A stretch of DNA of 64,000 nt from Camelus dromedarius. Its lineage: Eukaryota. A program made the position numbers and the translations under genes. Shown one piece after another: positions 25,243 to 35,754 of this stretch. The notes beneath the pieces are model-generated. The model worked only from the letters and a program-made list of their open reading frames with translations, was not told the DNA's origin and did not search any database. Location of the stretch: NCBI RefSeq assembly GCF_036321535.1, contig NC_087459.1, positions 9,362,001 through 9,426,000 on the forward strand. Reading direction: 5' to 3'. Every line of letters begins with the position of its first letter. Position 1 is the stretch's first letter.

Positions 25243-26681
25243 GGTGGGACCCGTTGAAATACAGATGGGGCCGGATCTCCCACCGCGGGCCCTTGGGGAT
25301 AATTGTGGAAACCTAGGTCCCGGGCTGGGTGGAGCTCATCGAGGACGCAGCTGGGCGGATGCAGGTGGACCTACAATCAGGGATGAGCTGGAGGGCGGTG
25401 ACAAAGGGCTGGCCCTTGGCCAGGTCACTGCATATAGTCCTTTCCTCACCTCGCCCCTGGAAATCTGGACTCTGGCTGCACTGCAACCTCTGAAGACTCT
25501 CCTTCTCCCGGAACACCTAGCCTTTCTTGGAGCTCAACCAGCTGACTCCCTGTAGCTACGGCCCCGCCTGGCAACAACAGCTGTCCCAAGCCCTTTGGGT
25601 CTCTACAGGACAGGCCTGGTTGGAAAAATGAAACTGAGCCTCCCTCTCTACCGGCTGCTCTCAAGTCTCTCATCCTGTCCCGCTTCCACCACATCCCAGT
25701 CAAGGCCACATTGGTGGGGTCCCCACCCAACCCTGACCAGCCCCAATCACTAGTGTCCCACATCCTTGTGCCATCAGTGGCCACATGGATGACACTCCAC
25801 AATCCAGCCCACCATGGACTTCTTTCTGGTCACCACCCTGGTACATGAAATGCCCACACTTAAAATGACACACTTCTATACCTAAACTATCCCTCACACC
25901 TCCACACGAGTGGGTGCCGCCTCCTCCAGGATAACTGCTAGCCTGCCATCAGCTCTGTGCTCGGGGGAGACAGTGGACTGGTTCCCTCTCAATCTAAGGT
26001 CATTGCCTCTTCAGCGCTCCTGGGTGGCGAGTAGGTGGAATCTTGTCCACCTCATTGACCACCCCCCTGCAACTCCCTACAGCATTTAGGATCTAAACCA
26101 GTGCTTCTGCAACTATCTTTTTGGAATATTCCACACAAGAATGATCCAGGGGACTTAGAAAGGAGTTCCCATGCCCGCACTCTGAGTCCTCACTCTGGGC
26201 TGGATGAGGGGCAGAATCTGCATTTGAAAGAGCTGGGTGGTGAGTGGCCCTGATAGGCATGTGAGCTGGGCCAGCAGCTGCCATCTCTGTGTGTGATTCT
26301 TGATGCTTTTCTGTGTCTGTGCCGTGTTCTCCCTCCCAGGGGCCAACCTCTTCATGTTCCCTCCAAAGCCAAGCTGATGGCCTTGGTTGAGACAGGCCCA
26401 TCCTGCATGGATGGAGTCACTTAGCATCCACTTCTCAGGATGCCACTCAGCCTCAGTGACCCCACAGTGCTGCCCAGAGCCGAGGCTGTGGGCTGCAGCC
26501 TTGCCCACCTTGGTCACAACGAGCAGACCAGTAGGAGGGCCACAGCCAGGTGTCTTGAACCAACCTGGGACATGAGAATTCTAAGCCACCAGAAGGCCAT
26601 CCGGGCCTCTGTCAGGATCCTTTTGAAGTATGAGGAGGAGGAAACTTGGATTTTAAAAGCTTGTCAGCCCCACCAGGAGGC

Positions 26682-26687
26682 AATAAA
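26682..26687 (+). terminator. Candidate MMP25 polyadenylation signal
   Basis: First AATAAA I found downstream of the MMP25 stop; implies a 3'UTR of about 1.45 kb. Confidence 0.45.
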
Positions 26688-26991
26688 AATGAGAAAGCCC
26701 TTCATTTCTTCTGAGCATTGATGGACTTGGGGTGAAGTTTGGTAGCAGGGACTTGACAGCCATGAATCACTCTGTTTTGCAGAAGTGGCTGGAATCCAGC
26801 ATTGATGGACAGCAGGAAGGAGGGATGGGAGGGGAACGAGCGGGAGGAGGAATTGGAGGGAGCCCAGAGGAGGGATGTGCGGTGTGAAATTTGAGGCTGT
26901 TTCTGCTACAAAGGAAATTTCTCCTTTCCTAGCCTTTAAGACTTTATTAAGAAGCTACAGAAAAATGCTACCTCAGATTGAATTATATATT

Positions 26992-27120
26992 TTATGTTAT
27001 TTATTTTGGGTGGGTAATTAGGTTTATTTATTTATTTACTTTTAATGGCGGTACTGGGAATTCGACCCAGGCCCTCATGTGTGGTAAGCACGTGCTCTCC
27101 CACTGAGCGGTACTCCCCAC
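26992..27120 (-). mobile_element. Vic-1-like SINE
   Basis: GGTACTGGGAATTCGACCCAGG and CTCTCCCACTGAGCGGTAC, with the TAATTAGGTTTATTTATTT tail. Confidence 0.75.
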
Positions 27121-27149
27121 TCAGCAAATTACATATTTTAAAAATGGTA

Positions 27150-27790
27150 CAGTTGCATAGTCAAAATTTAAAACTTCTGTGTTTCAAAGGACACCATGGA
27201 AACAGTGAAAAGACAATCCACAGAATGGGAAAAAAATATATTTGCAAGTGATATATGTGATAAGGGACTCGTATCCAGAATTTAGAAACTCCTCTTATAA
27301 CTTAAAAATGAAAAGACAAATAACCGAATTTAAAAATGGGCAAATCAGAGTATACATTTCTCCACAGAAGATAGACAACTGGACCATAAGCACTCGAAAA
27401 AAGGCTCAACATCATTAGTCATCAGGGAAATGCAAATCAAAATCACAATGAGACCCCACGTCATATCCACTAGGATGACTAGACTCAAAAAGACATAATA
27501 GTAAGTGTTGTTGAGGATGTACAGAAACTGGAACTTTCCTACACTGCTCCTGGCAATATAAGATGGTTCTGTCACTTTGAAAACAATCTGGTGGTATCTC
27601 AAAAAGTTAAAAACGTACTTACCATATGACCCAGCGAATCCACTCCTAGGTAGAATTCAAGAGAAAAGCATGTCCACACAGAACCTTGTCCGCGAATGTG
27701 CGCATCGGCATTATTCACGATGGCCAAATGGTGGAAACGACGCAAATGTCCATCAGTAGGTGGATGGGTGAATGCAAAGGTTTCCAGAGA
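27150..27790 (+). mobile_element. L1M ORF2 3' fragment
   Basis: GAAAAGACAATCCACAGAATGGGAAAAAA and ATCAGGGAAATGCAAATCAAAATCACAATGAGA. Confidence 0.8.
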
Positions 27791-28049
27791 TGAAACGCAG
27801 AAATGTTACTTGCAGCTGAAGCAGGAGCAGCTCCCTTCTGTCTCTGACCTGGAATGGGAAGAAGGATCTGGACTTCCTGGGTGTGGAAAGGGGGTTTCAG
27901 ACAACTGAATGGGCTTCTAAGGGGCAGGGTGATGCTAGCTGGGTCCAGTTGACCCAAGTGAGACTTTGAGCGAGGAAGTGGGATTTGTAGGTCTGCCCTC
28001 CGGGGTGCACACAGGTGGCCCCTAAAGAGCCCGGGTCGTCCTGGAGGAT

Positions 28050-28448
28050 ATTAGAGATTGAATTGTATTCCCCCCAAATTCATATGCTGAGGTCCTAACC
28101 CGCAGCTGCTCAGAATGTGACCTTATCTGGAGATGGTGTCCTTACAGAGGGAATCAAGATAAACTGAGGTCACTAGGGAGGCCCTAATCCAGTATGACTG
28201 GCGTCCTTATAAAAATGAGACCTTAGGAGACAGATACATCCATAGGGAGAAAGCCGCGTGACCATGAAGACAGCGGTCTACCAGCCCGGGTAGGGCCTGG
28301 AACACACCCTCCCTCATTGCTCTCAGAAAGATCCAAAAGTGCTGACACCTCAATTTCAGTATTTAGGCTTCATGGTGAGAGAGTAACTTTGTGTTGTTTG
28401 GACACCTGTCTGTGGCACTTAGTTGGGGCCGCCCTGAGACACTGATGC
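28050..28448 (+). mobile_element. MLT1 LTR
   Basis: GAATTGTATTCCCCCCAAATTCATATGCTGAGGTCCTAACCC and CTAATCCAGTATGACTGGCGTCCTTATAA. Confidence 0.8.
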
Positions 28449-28879
28449 AGAGGGCAAGGTGATGGCTGTGCTGAGCAGTGAGGGGCTTTGGCCCCAGCCT
28501 GGGGCATTCGGGAGCAGCTGGGAGGTGGGCCAAGCTGTGTGAGACAAAAGCTAAGGGGCTGCCCAGGGCCTGGGAGACCCCTGCAGCGGGGCATCCAGAT
28601 TGTGGGGCCCCAGAAGGGCTCAGGAGAGCTGGGTCAGCAAGGCCCAGACGGTCATCAAAGCTTCCTTCCGCTCCTCCTGAGGGCTGTACCCTGGGCCACA
28701 GGCAAACAGTCAAGGTCCCCCAGCCACCGCTCCAGGGGCCTGTGTGTCAGTCTGCACAGGTCCTGGCCTGGGGAGCCCACCTCAGGGATCTAGCAGGTCC
28801 GGCCACATTCTGAGTGAAGGGCACCTACAGAACCTTCCCTGGTCTTTGGAGCTGGGGTGCCGTGTGTTCAACGGACCTG

Positions 28880-29171
28880 GTGGCGATTCCCCTGGACCTC
28901 GACCCCACCTGGATAAGTTCCTCTTCCAGACTTCCGGAAGATTACTCAACCTGCTTCCCCAGGTCTGGACTTTCCCTCTGCCCCTCCTGTCTCTCAGGTT
29001 GACATGGTTGGAGATGAGGCTGACCCTGGACTCAAAAGATTCCCATCCCAGCTCCGGGTGGAGGGGCCACAGCTGGGGACTGCGAGTGTCAGGGACATGC
29101 CTTCACCGTCCTAGGCCCCTCAGACCTCAGTCTCACTTCCTTCTGACTCTGCCCTCTCTCTCTATTTTTGC

Positions 29172-29207
<36 letters not shown>

Positions 29208-29335
29208 CAGCCCTGCATCCTGCCCTGGGCTGGCCCCACCCTGCCCTGCCCCTCCCTCCTGTGCTTTTATATTAACTGGCTATCAGAAGTCAGCGCAAAG
29301 CTCAGCTGGTGCTCTGTGCTGGACGGTCTGAAAGG
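28880..29335 (+). promoter_or_regulatory. Probable IL32 promoter and non-coding first exon
   Basis: kB-like TGGACTTTCC 28966-28975, palindromic CTTCCGGAAG 28931-28940, TATA-like TTTATATT near 29264, and donor AAG|GTGATG at 29334/29335. Confidence 0.45.
29173..29202. repeat. (AC)15 microsatellite
   Basis: Perfect AC run. Confidence 0.95.
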
Positions 29336-29480
29336 TGATGGGCTCAGGGGACACCCGGGGTGGGGGAGGTGGGTCTGCATCAAAGGACCTTCCAGGGTGC
29401 TGGGAGGGCTGCTTTCCTGAAACACTTTTCCTCACACTTATTCCTCCCCACCAGGTCTCAGCAGAAGAACCTGAACAATC

Positions 29481-32400
29481 ATGTGTTTCTCCAGGGTGAG
29501 TGAGAGCCAGTGGTGGGGGAAAAGGTGGGCCCCCGAATCCCATTTCCCCTATGTCCCCATCTCCCACCACCACAGGCCCCTCACCCCTGCTGATTTGTCC
29601 ACATGCCCCTGGCTCTGTCCTATCCTCCCTGGGCCGGGCGGGAGGCTGCTGGGGAAGTAGCGGGTCAGAGGCATGTGACCTGTGCAGTTAACAGGGCCTG
29701 AGTCTCATAAGGACCCTGGTCACCGTCCTGAAATTCTGACTGATTGTTAACAAAGGCCGTAAGGTTTCCTTTTGCTCTGAGCCCTTTACTTTATGTGGCA
29801 GGTCCTGGTTGTGGGGCCAGGATTCCCGTCTGGGAGGTCAGTTCTGGGGGCCTCACTACGTGCATGTGCCTTTGTGTGGGTGCGTGTGAGTCCGGGGACA
29901 CCGAGGAAGAAGTTACAGGACAAGGGTGCTGCTTCAGGAACTGGATGCGATGTGCTTGTGGGGGGAGCTGGAAGCCGAGGCACTGGAGTGTAGAAGCATC
30001 AGACGTCCCAGCAGACCCTTTCCACCCGGGAAACCTGGGGGAGGCGGCTGGGAGGTGCTGGCCCCGAAATTTCGACATTGTCTCTCAGGTGCTGGAGCAG
30101 CAGCTGAAACCTGCATTGGCCTCAGTGTCTATTCCTTCCCTCTGGGGTGCCCTCCAGCCTCCCCCTGAGTACCACTCCCCCCACCTCAATTGTGAGGGTC
30201 ACCAGAAGCTCCTGGGAGCTCTGGGCCACGTGACAACGGGTCGGGGAATAAATGTTGAGGGGTGATCCAGGGCTCAGTGGCCCGGCCCCAAGAGGAGGGC
30301 GACGTGGTCAGCAGTTTGTCCCCGGGGGCAGCCCAGATGTTTCTCTTGCCCCGTTTCATGTGAAGTGGGGGCTGGCAGAGTGGAATCGGGATGACTTAAG
30401 GTGGGCCAATGGGTGCCCTGCACACTGTGACTGGCACTGTCTGCACAGTCATCGGAAGCCAAGGTGCACAGCCCCAGATTAGGGTCATAAAATGCAGGGT
30501 CTCTGGAGCACCTCCACGACCTTGGGTCGGGCTAAGTGTCTGGGGGTGAGAAGCAGTGGGGGCCAGGGGCCTGCAGGGTCAGCGGTTGTGGAGAGCAGCT
30601 GGCTGAGGACCCCTGTATCCCTGTCACCACCTCAGAGAAGAAAGGACAGTGCCAACACCTCCCTCGGCCAGCTCTCACCTGGGAGCACAGAGGGTTAGGC
30701 GTCTGGGAATCAGGCTGACCCTGCACACTCCAGGGTGATGCTCCCACTTGTATGTTTGTGTATCTGTGGTGAGAAAGAGTGAGTGCGTGTGTGTGTGTCT
30801 GTGTAACAGGTGTTGGGGTTCACAATGTAGCATAAACCTGTGGGTCACTCTTACCTCCACAGAATGTCCCAGAGCACATTGCTGTTCTGAGGGCCAGTAT
30901 GGTAAGAAGCTCTTCCTCGTGTATGGTGGGGGGGATGAGGGAGGCTGGGTTCTGCTGGGTGAAGCTTAGAATGTTCTGGGCCACTTGGGACCTGGAGGGA
31001 GAAGGACCAGGCCTCTTTGTCCCAACTCTGTCTCTCTTCACAGCACAGGAGTGTAGATGACTTCTGTGATACAGTGGAAAGTCTACCCAATGAAAATGCA
31101 GAGGTAGGTGTGTCTCCATGCTGCCACTCCCATGCCCTCTCCACTTTGGGTGGGTGGGGCTGCTTCACAATGATGGTGATGATGAAGGGGCAGGTCAGAG
31201 CTCATTCCTTACACCGGACAAAATTCACACCCGTGTGGCAGCACAGTGCACAGGTGAAGGATACGGAGCTCCAGGGGTGCGGAGGGAGGTGCCCAAGTCC
31301 CAGGGCAATGATGGCAGAGCAGCGGTGACACACGCTTGGTCCCCAGGCACCTGGGCTGACCCCTCACCTGGGGGTGACAGGGCACAGATGAGAACAGGCT
31401 GGGGTTTGGGGATAAGACTGCAAGTGAGAGAGAGTGGGGGGATTTTAAACCAAGTGATGTTTTCTCTGCAGGTGCAGCCAGCTCTAGAAAAGCTAGAGGT
31501 GAGTTTGGACCTTGCCCCTCCCCTAAGGTGGGTCCGCAGGGTTAGGATCAGCCAGGTTATTGGGCCTGGGCTGCTGGCTCCCTTCTGAGTCTCCTAGACC
31601 CATGGAGGCCACCGTGGGGACCACAGACCTCAGCAGACAGGGGCAGGAGTGCAGCCTGCACACTTCCTCTCCCCAGGACCAAATTAATGAGGACATGCTT
31701 GAAGCTGTGGGTGCTACCATTGAGGACAATGTCTCGGTGAGTTTGAGCCACCGTCTCTGCCCCTTGCTTCCCCTCCACCCCTGCTCCCTCTTGACTTTGG
31801 TGCTGCCTTGTGTGTCCATAGCTCCCCTGAGCGGGGGATGGAGGATTGGCCCCTGAGAGGTCAGAAGGTGTAGACTCCCTGGCACCAGCTTCCTGGGCAG
31901 CACACAGTGGCCAGAGCCCTGCCCTCCACTCAGTGCCTGATGAGAGCATGTGTGCCAGGTGCTGGCCCATAGGCGAGTCCGCCAGCAGCCAGGTATTTCC
32001 AACTGTTTTTGCCCCGGAGGCGAATTGTGGGGCCAGCCAAGGTCTGGGAAAGGTCCCCGTGTCTGCGGAGCTGTTGGCAGGAAAGCAGGCAGCTTCCACG
32101 TGTGGGCTTCCGTCTTCCAGAGAGACTCTCCCAGAGGCTAAGAGACCTTGGCCCGGGTCACGACCTGAGGCTCCATCTGCCCAGGTGGGTCCCTGAACAG
32201 CCTCCTATCCCTGCAGGAATCTGCTCCCTTGCTTTCCGAGCTACGTCTCAGAACCCAAAGACCTGCTGATCCTGACGTGATATATGATGGCCCAGAGGTC
32301 CAGGAGCCTGAGAGCATTTGGGACAGGGTAAAGAGAATGTTTGATGTGCTGATGCAGAAATGGAGCGATGCACTGGCCTGGCTGTGGAAGAAGGTGGCTG

Positions 32401-32504
32401 CCTGCCTACAGTCCTTGGGCAACGCGATTGAGGCCATCTGGAGAAAGTTCAAAGGTTTCTGCTCCTCTCTGGGGCAGCTCTTCAAGAGCTGCATCACTGT
32501 CTAG
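29481..32504 (+). CDS. IL32: Interleukin-32 (beta-like splice form), 162 aa
   Basis: Coding exons 29481-29495 (MCFSR), 30863-30901 (NVPEHIAVLRASM), 31044-31103 (HRSVDDFCDTVESLPNENAE), 31472-31498 (VQPALEKLE), 31677-31736 (DQINEDMLEAVGATIEDNVS) and 32217-32504 (ESAPLL...LFKSCITV*). All are GT-AG and phase 0. The 15/39/60/27/60-nt sizes match recalled human IL32, and the gene lies between MMP25 and ZSCAN10. Confidence 0.9.
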
Positions 32505-32653
32505 GGGCCCCACAGGGTCCCGGAGGGGGTTGTCACCCTTGATCCTTCCTTGACAACCTCCTTCTCCACCCATTCAGGGTGGATAAGACGCCCTACTGCC
32601 CGGAAAGCTATCTCTTACTGGGCTTCCTGTTTTCACCCTGGTACTTTGATCTT

Positions 32654-32659
32654 AATAAA
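32654..32659 (+). terminator. IL32 polyadenylation signal
   Basis: AATAAA 150 nt after the stop codon. Confidence 0.75.
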
Positions 32660-35179
32660 AAATCAACCTATCCAAATGGAGTGCCTGTGGGGATGGGAGG
32701 TGCGGGCCCAGCGGTTACAGGGAGAGGTCATGAATCAGATGGATCCAGGCCCGGGGTCCTGACTCTAGGTGAGGAAGGAGAAGCCACCAGGCTCTCTAAT
32801 CCATGACTGGGGACACTGGGCACACACACTGTTTATGGGCTGTCTGGTGGTGAGGGCTGGAAGATTTTAGGCCAGTGTGTGACTTAGCACAGTCCCTGAG
32901 GCACAGCAGGTGCTCAGTAAGTGGCCACTCCCCGGACACAGGGAGTCAGTGAGGGGCTTGGGCACCCTCTTTTCCTCTCCTGACCTCTGTTATTGGGCCT
33001 CCAACCCTCCAGCTGGGGCCTCTGAAACACCTTGGTCTTTCTCCCAAGATCAGAGGCCCAGGGTCTGAGGCAGAGGAGGGTGGGGAGTACACCCAACCCT
33101 AGACCAGGAGGGCAGACAGAGATGGGAGGGGCAGGAATCGGCTCCCTGGGCCTGTGGCCTCCATCAGGCTTTACTACCCCACCCCACCCAGCCCCGACCT
33201 CCTGCCTCCGGCAGGTCCACACAGAGCAGCTTTGCAGTCTGAGGTGTTTGGCTGTGAACAGCAGCTGCTCAGAGGAAGAGGAAAGGGTGGTGCCTGACCT
33301 GTTATCCGCAGGGGCCCGCCCTGGGTGCAGAACAAAAGGAAGAAGGAGGAAATGAACCTGTGGAGGAAGAAATACAATACCAGATGGGGGCTCTCTGATC
33401 TGTGGCCCAGGAAGGGGGATGTTGTGTGGTCCTGAGGGACATGGGAGCGGATTGGGAGCCAAGAAAACGCAAGGACCAGGGACCGTTGTTTGGGGCAGTA
33501 GCCCACTTGATTGTCTGCCAGTCACTTCAGACCCTTTTGGATGTAGCAATGAGTTTTTGATTCTTAGCAGGAGGGACCCCTGGGAGCCAGGTGTGCATCC
33601 AGCAGGAGGAGGTGATGGCTGGTTCATGACCCTGACATCAGCATCTCAGTGGTGCTGATCATCCTAAGGGACCCTGGTTGCTTTCGGCCCAGGCCCAGCA
33701 AGGGAGGGGACTAGGAAGAAGGGTCTTCCTGCCTCCTGGCCTGCACCTTCCTTCTTGAGGCAGAAGGCTGCCCGTTCTTGGTTTTCCTTTTGGCAGAGCC
33801 CCCATCTGGCCCACACCTTCTTCCTTCACTTCCAGGGAGGCCCTCTGACAGTCTTCAGCTTGGAAGGCCCACCTTTTGCCTGAGTTGCCTGACCCCAGGG
33901 TGCTGCCCACTGCCCCAGCCTTTACTTCTCCTTGGCCCAATCTGGCCTTTACCCCCCAGTCAGCATTCAAGTTGTTTCAGAACTTCCCCTGCTTTCTCTT
34001 GACTCATGTCAAACCTGCACTTGACTCTTCTTACTGAGAAAACCTTCCTGTGTTGAAGCCATCAGGGCTTGGTGGCCCACCACTCCCTTGAGGTCACCAT
34101 CTGTAAGCCTGGACAACCGTGATGCCCTCCTAGCTGACCTCCCTGGTCTCCCCTCATTCAAGTTACTGCATGCCGCAGCCAAGGCCTAAATGATGTCATT
34201 GTTAAAAAGGAAATAACTCCCTGTCTGGAAACCTCGTGTTTTCCCATGGTGAGGAAGCCCTGACCTTGACCTGCAAGGCTCTGTGTGCCTCATCAGGCCC
34301 CGATGGAAGTCTCCCCTCAGGGTAATGTCCTCCAGCTGCCTGCCAAGTTCTGCCCTTCTCAGGGTCTTTGCACATGCTGTTCCCTCTGCCTGGGATGCAC
34401 CTCTTGTTCTGGGGGAGGCAGCCTCCCCCTTCTATTTTAGGCCTTGTTCTCTTCAATACTCTCCCCACCCTCCACATTCCCTGGCACATAGTAGGGGCTG
34501 GAGAAATAATAAAGCCTTTAAACGCTGTGGGTTCTCCCAGCTCCTCACTCTCAATCTCTTAGTTGACTAATCCTTTGTCTTTGACATTTTCTCCCTTCAT
34601 GGAGTTTTCCATGCCTCTAATTTGTTCTGTGACATCTGGTGACTCTCTGTAACCCAGTCTTCCTCCCAAACCCTAAAGGCCCGGGCCCTCCCCAGGCTCG
34701 GAGCTTTCCCACCCAATTGTGCCCAAGAATCCCCTCTACATTGCCCGTATCTGGGGTCTGTTCTGCTTCAGTCCCTTGGGCTCTGGTTGATGAGTTCACT
34801 TCCTTTCCACAAACACTTGCTAAAGAGCAGTTATGTGTCACGTTGGTGGAGGGGCAACCATTGAGATACAGGATTTTTGTGGGTGAAAAAATCAGACCAA
34901 AGCAGGAAGTCAGTTTTTGTGCACTCTGGAGCTGGGGTGGGTTGTTTTTCTCTCTTGTATTTTTACCAGAAGTCATATGATTTAAAATCTGCCTAACAGC
35001 GAGGCAGCCAATTCAAGTTGGCCTGATGGGCACAAAAAAAGGTGCAGGAAATCTATGAGAGTTTTCAGTTTGGAGGATTAGGAGTGGTTAGGGGTCTCGA
35101 ACTGTCAACCTAACTTGGCCGCAGGCAGGTTTGGTTCTGCCTGCTTGTGTTTTCAGTTTGCATTTGTTAGCAATGTTCC

Positions 35180-35292
35180 AGAAGAATCTGTTTCCCATAG
35201 TAATCTGGAATATGAAATTTTAAATTTTATTTAATTTGAATTAATTTAAACAGCCACAAGTTGCTAGAGGATACTGTGTTGGTTGAGATAGA
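35180..35292. mobile_element. MER3/MER33-like hAT-Charlie fragment
   Basis: TTTTATTTAATTTGAATTAATTTAAACAGCCACAAGTTGCTAG. Confidence 0.5.
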
Positions 35293-35754
35293 CTGTAGAG
35301 GAGAAAAATTCCAGGGTGGGATTGCTTGGCCTCACCCAAGGTGGCCGTGACAGATGGCCACCCTCCCCTCACTCCACACCCAGTCTGATACTTTGTATGG
35401 GAGAGGAACTTTTCCAGGACCTGCTCCCAACCAACCTGTTATTGAGGGGGTGGGGATAGGAGAAAGGCATCACTGTGACACACTGGGGAGGGGAACAGGT
35501 GGCACTGATACACTCAGCAAAATAAATGAAGAGGGACCACTTTCAAGAAGGTTGTTTTACTTTAGGCATTTCGAAATACATTCCTAAGGCCAGGAATAGA
35601 TGCCTCTGCAGAAGGGAAGACCTAACAGGCAGGGTCGGGGGAGCCAGAGGAAGGTGGCATGGAGTGTCGGGGCAGAGCCATCCACTGCAGCCTTGGTGGC
35701 CAGGGACGCCGGGGAGAAGCGCACAGGGCAGACTTGGGGGAGCTCCGCTCGAAG

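Noticed and set aside
27900-35300. Second IL32 copy or U1 snRNA pseudogene near IL32
   Set aside because: No duplicated IL32 exons or U1-like sequence recognised by eye.
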